NCBI GenBank assembly: GCA_036172245.1
Contig: JAYWIR010000006.1
Span: forward strand, 4,092,001-4,156,000
From: Raillietiella orientalis
Lineage: Eukaryota
Direction of reading: 5' to 3'
Length of the DNA: 64,000 bases
This document shows positions 62,350 through 64,000 of this stretch, in pieces. The position numbers were made by a program, and so were the translations under genes. Numbering within the stretch: the stretch's first letter is position 1; each line of letters begins with the position of its first letter. The notes beneath the pieces were generated by a model. That model had not been told where the DNA came from. It saw only the letters and a program-made list of their open reading frames with translations, and did not search any database.

Positions 62350-62930
62350 CTCTTCCATTCTCGCTCCTCGTGGAAAGTTGGCAGTGGCACGCATGTCGGC
62401 ATTCCTCGCGTTCCCGGGTGGGCAGCACGCGAGCGCGTGTGGCAGCGCGGTGTTCCCCGCCGTGTGGGGAAGAGGTGCCCGCGCGCCCCACGTCCCCGTC
62501 CCGGGGCAGTGCCGTCGCAGACGCAGCTTTCCCCCGTGGGCTGTTGTGGTGTACGGCGGAAAAATCACCCGCGTGTACCTGTACACGTAGGTGTACCAGC
62601 TTGCCACGGCCGTGCGGCAGGCGAGGATGTGCGATCGTGTCGGAGAAGTAAGTGACCTTGGACTTAACCCAGGTGTGCCTCGCGGTGGTGGCCAACGGAA
62701 TCCACCCTCACCGGAACTACAAGAAAAAAAGCATAACCCTCGCAACGCACGCCACGTGAAAGAGCGATAACAATGTGCGTGCGTGGGTGTGCGTGCGTGC
62801 GTGGGTGTTGCCCTCCCCCCTCCCCCTTAACCCCCCCCCCGCCCCTTCTGTCCATTGTTGGCTCGCCGCCGTCGAGAACGACGAGCCGCTCGGGAGTGCA
62901 GCCTTTTCTTCACGGCCCGGCCAGTGCATA
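62350..62930. promoter_or_regulatory. CpG-island-like promoter or 5' UTR region of PIG-L
   Basis: Very GC- and CpG-rich block directly upstream of the PIG-L acceptor (TTTTTCAG ending at 62970). It contains a GTAAGT donor near 62648 and C-tracts. Confidence 0.5.
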
Positions 62931-62988
62931 GCAAGTGTTTCCTGTTCTCAATCTGACGGTTATTTTTCAGCAAACTGGTTTATGGGGA

Positions 62989-63901
62989 ATGTGGATTGTG
63001 CTCGTACCACTTCTGTTGATTCTGTTTTTGAGTATATGGTATATTTCCAAATCCATTCCCCTTTGCCATGTTTTTGAAAAGTCAAGACGTGCCCTTCTTG
63101 TTATAGCACATCCTGATGATGAGTGCATGTTTTTTGGCCCCAGTCTTCTGCACCTGGGGCACTTAGGTTGTTCAGTGTACATTCTCTGTTTGTCAACAGG
63201 TATGTTCCTCCTCTACCCCCCCCTCTACTGATGTATGAAATAAATGAATTTTAGGTAACTATAATAAACAAGGTAACATTCGTAAAGAAGAATTGTTCTG
63301 TAGTTGCAATAAATTGGGCATTCCTTCATCAAACATTATATTACTCGAGTGAGCAAACATTTCTAATATGTTTTCAATGTATGTGAAGTTCTCAGGATTT
63401 ACCGGATGATCCCAATGTGACGTGGAACTTTAAAAAAATTCAAAAGATCGTTGGTCATCATGTAGGAGCCTTAGATATCGATACGGTTAGAAAGAATTGG
63501 GTCGATTAGGGAGTTCTAGCTGTAACATTGCATTTAGCTGATTACATTTGATGACTATGGAGTTAGTGGACATAGAAATCATCAAGATATAAGTAAGAGT
63601 CTAAAAGATCTTCATCTCCCAGCAGGTTAGCATTTGAGATTTTTCGAGCCTACTGTAACAGCTGTTTACTACAGAATGCCATTTGTATATGTTAACATCA
63701 GTGAATCTGCTTCGCAAGTACTTATGTTGGCTGGATGAAGTAATTCTGTATTTTGGGAAGTGTCAACCTATAATAGTCCCAAAAGAAGGTCGGAAACGAA
63801 TTTATGAAGCCATGCTTTGTCATCAAACTCAGTTGCTGTGGTTCCGGAAAATTTATTTCTATATGTGTCGTTATGTATACATAAACACATTTAACTGTTA
63901 A
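62989..63901 (+). CDS. PIGL: GlcNAc-PI de-N-acetylase PIG-L, 5 exons, about 238 aa
   Basis: Exons 62989-63199, 63255-63348, 63389-63485, 63538-63625, 63675-63901 (717 nt, in frame). N-terminal [21 protein letters not shown]…[33 protein letters not shown]…INT. Confidence 0.95.
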
Positions 63902-64000
63902 AAATACATTCTACAACTGTTCAGGGCCATAGTTTCTGGAACAGTTCCATGAAAGAATCATAAATCATAAAAGTAATAGCCACATCCAAACATACACGGC

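Noticed and set aside
62320..62460. HDV-like ribozyme (TTCCTCGC loop, CCCGGGT-GG-GCA, P4-like hairpin)
   Set aside because: There is no G at +1, P2 and P3 pair weakly, and J4/2 lacks the conserved A after the catalytic C. The pattern is expected by chance in a CpG island.
1..64000. CRISPR array, rRNA, telomeric repeats, prokaryotic operon or defence system
   Set aside because: No regularly spaced repeats or such sequences were seen, and all genes are intron-containing eukaryotic ones.

Overview
Eukaryotic (animal, probably arthropod-like; the taxon cannot be fixed from sequence alone) genomic DNA with spliced housekeeping genes and very short GT-AG introns (mostly 38-60 nt) plus a few kb-long ones. 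Six genes are reconstructed by eye: the eIF2-alpha kinase PERK (+, 2316-8607), clueless/CLUH (+, 18794-27677), METTL16 (-, 27831-29482), GAR1 (-, 39012-39714), Rabankyrin-5/ANKFY1 (+, 45767-57538, first exon uncertain) and PIG-L (+, 62989-63901). Intergenic and intronic DNA holds a dead piggyBac with one intact TTAA-CCCT end, decayed mariner and Ty3/gypsy fragments, an unclassified element bounded by direct repeats with a second diverged copy, microsatellites and G-tracts. CpG-poor gene bodies alternate with CpG-rich blocks. I found no convincing new multi-gene system. The best leads are a METTL16 intron that looks like two abutting micro-introns (recursive or poison 3' splice site), loss of the PERK activation-loop Thr, poly(A) hexamers inside or beside the last codons of four genes, the direct-repeat element, and a conserved 48-bp K-turn-like hairpin repeat. 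All family assignments come from recalled motifs, not database searches.
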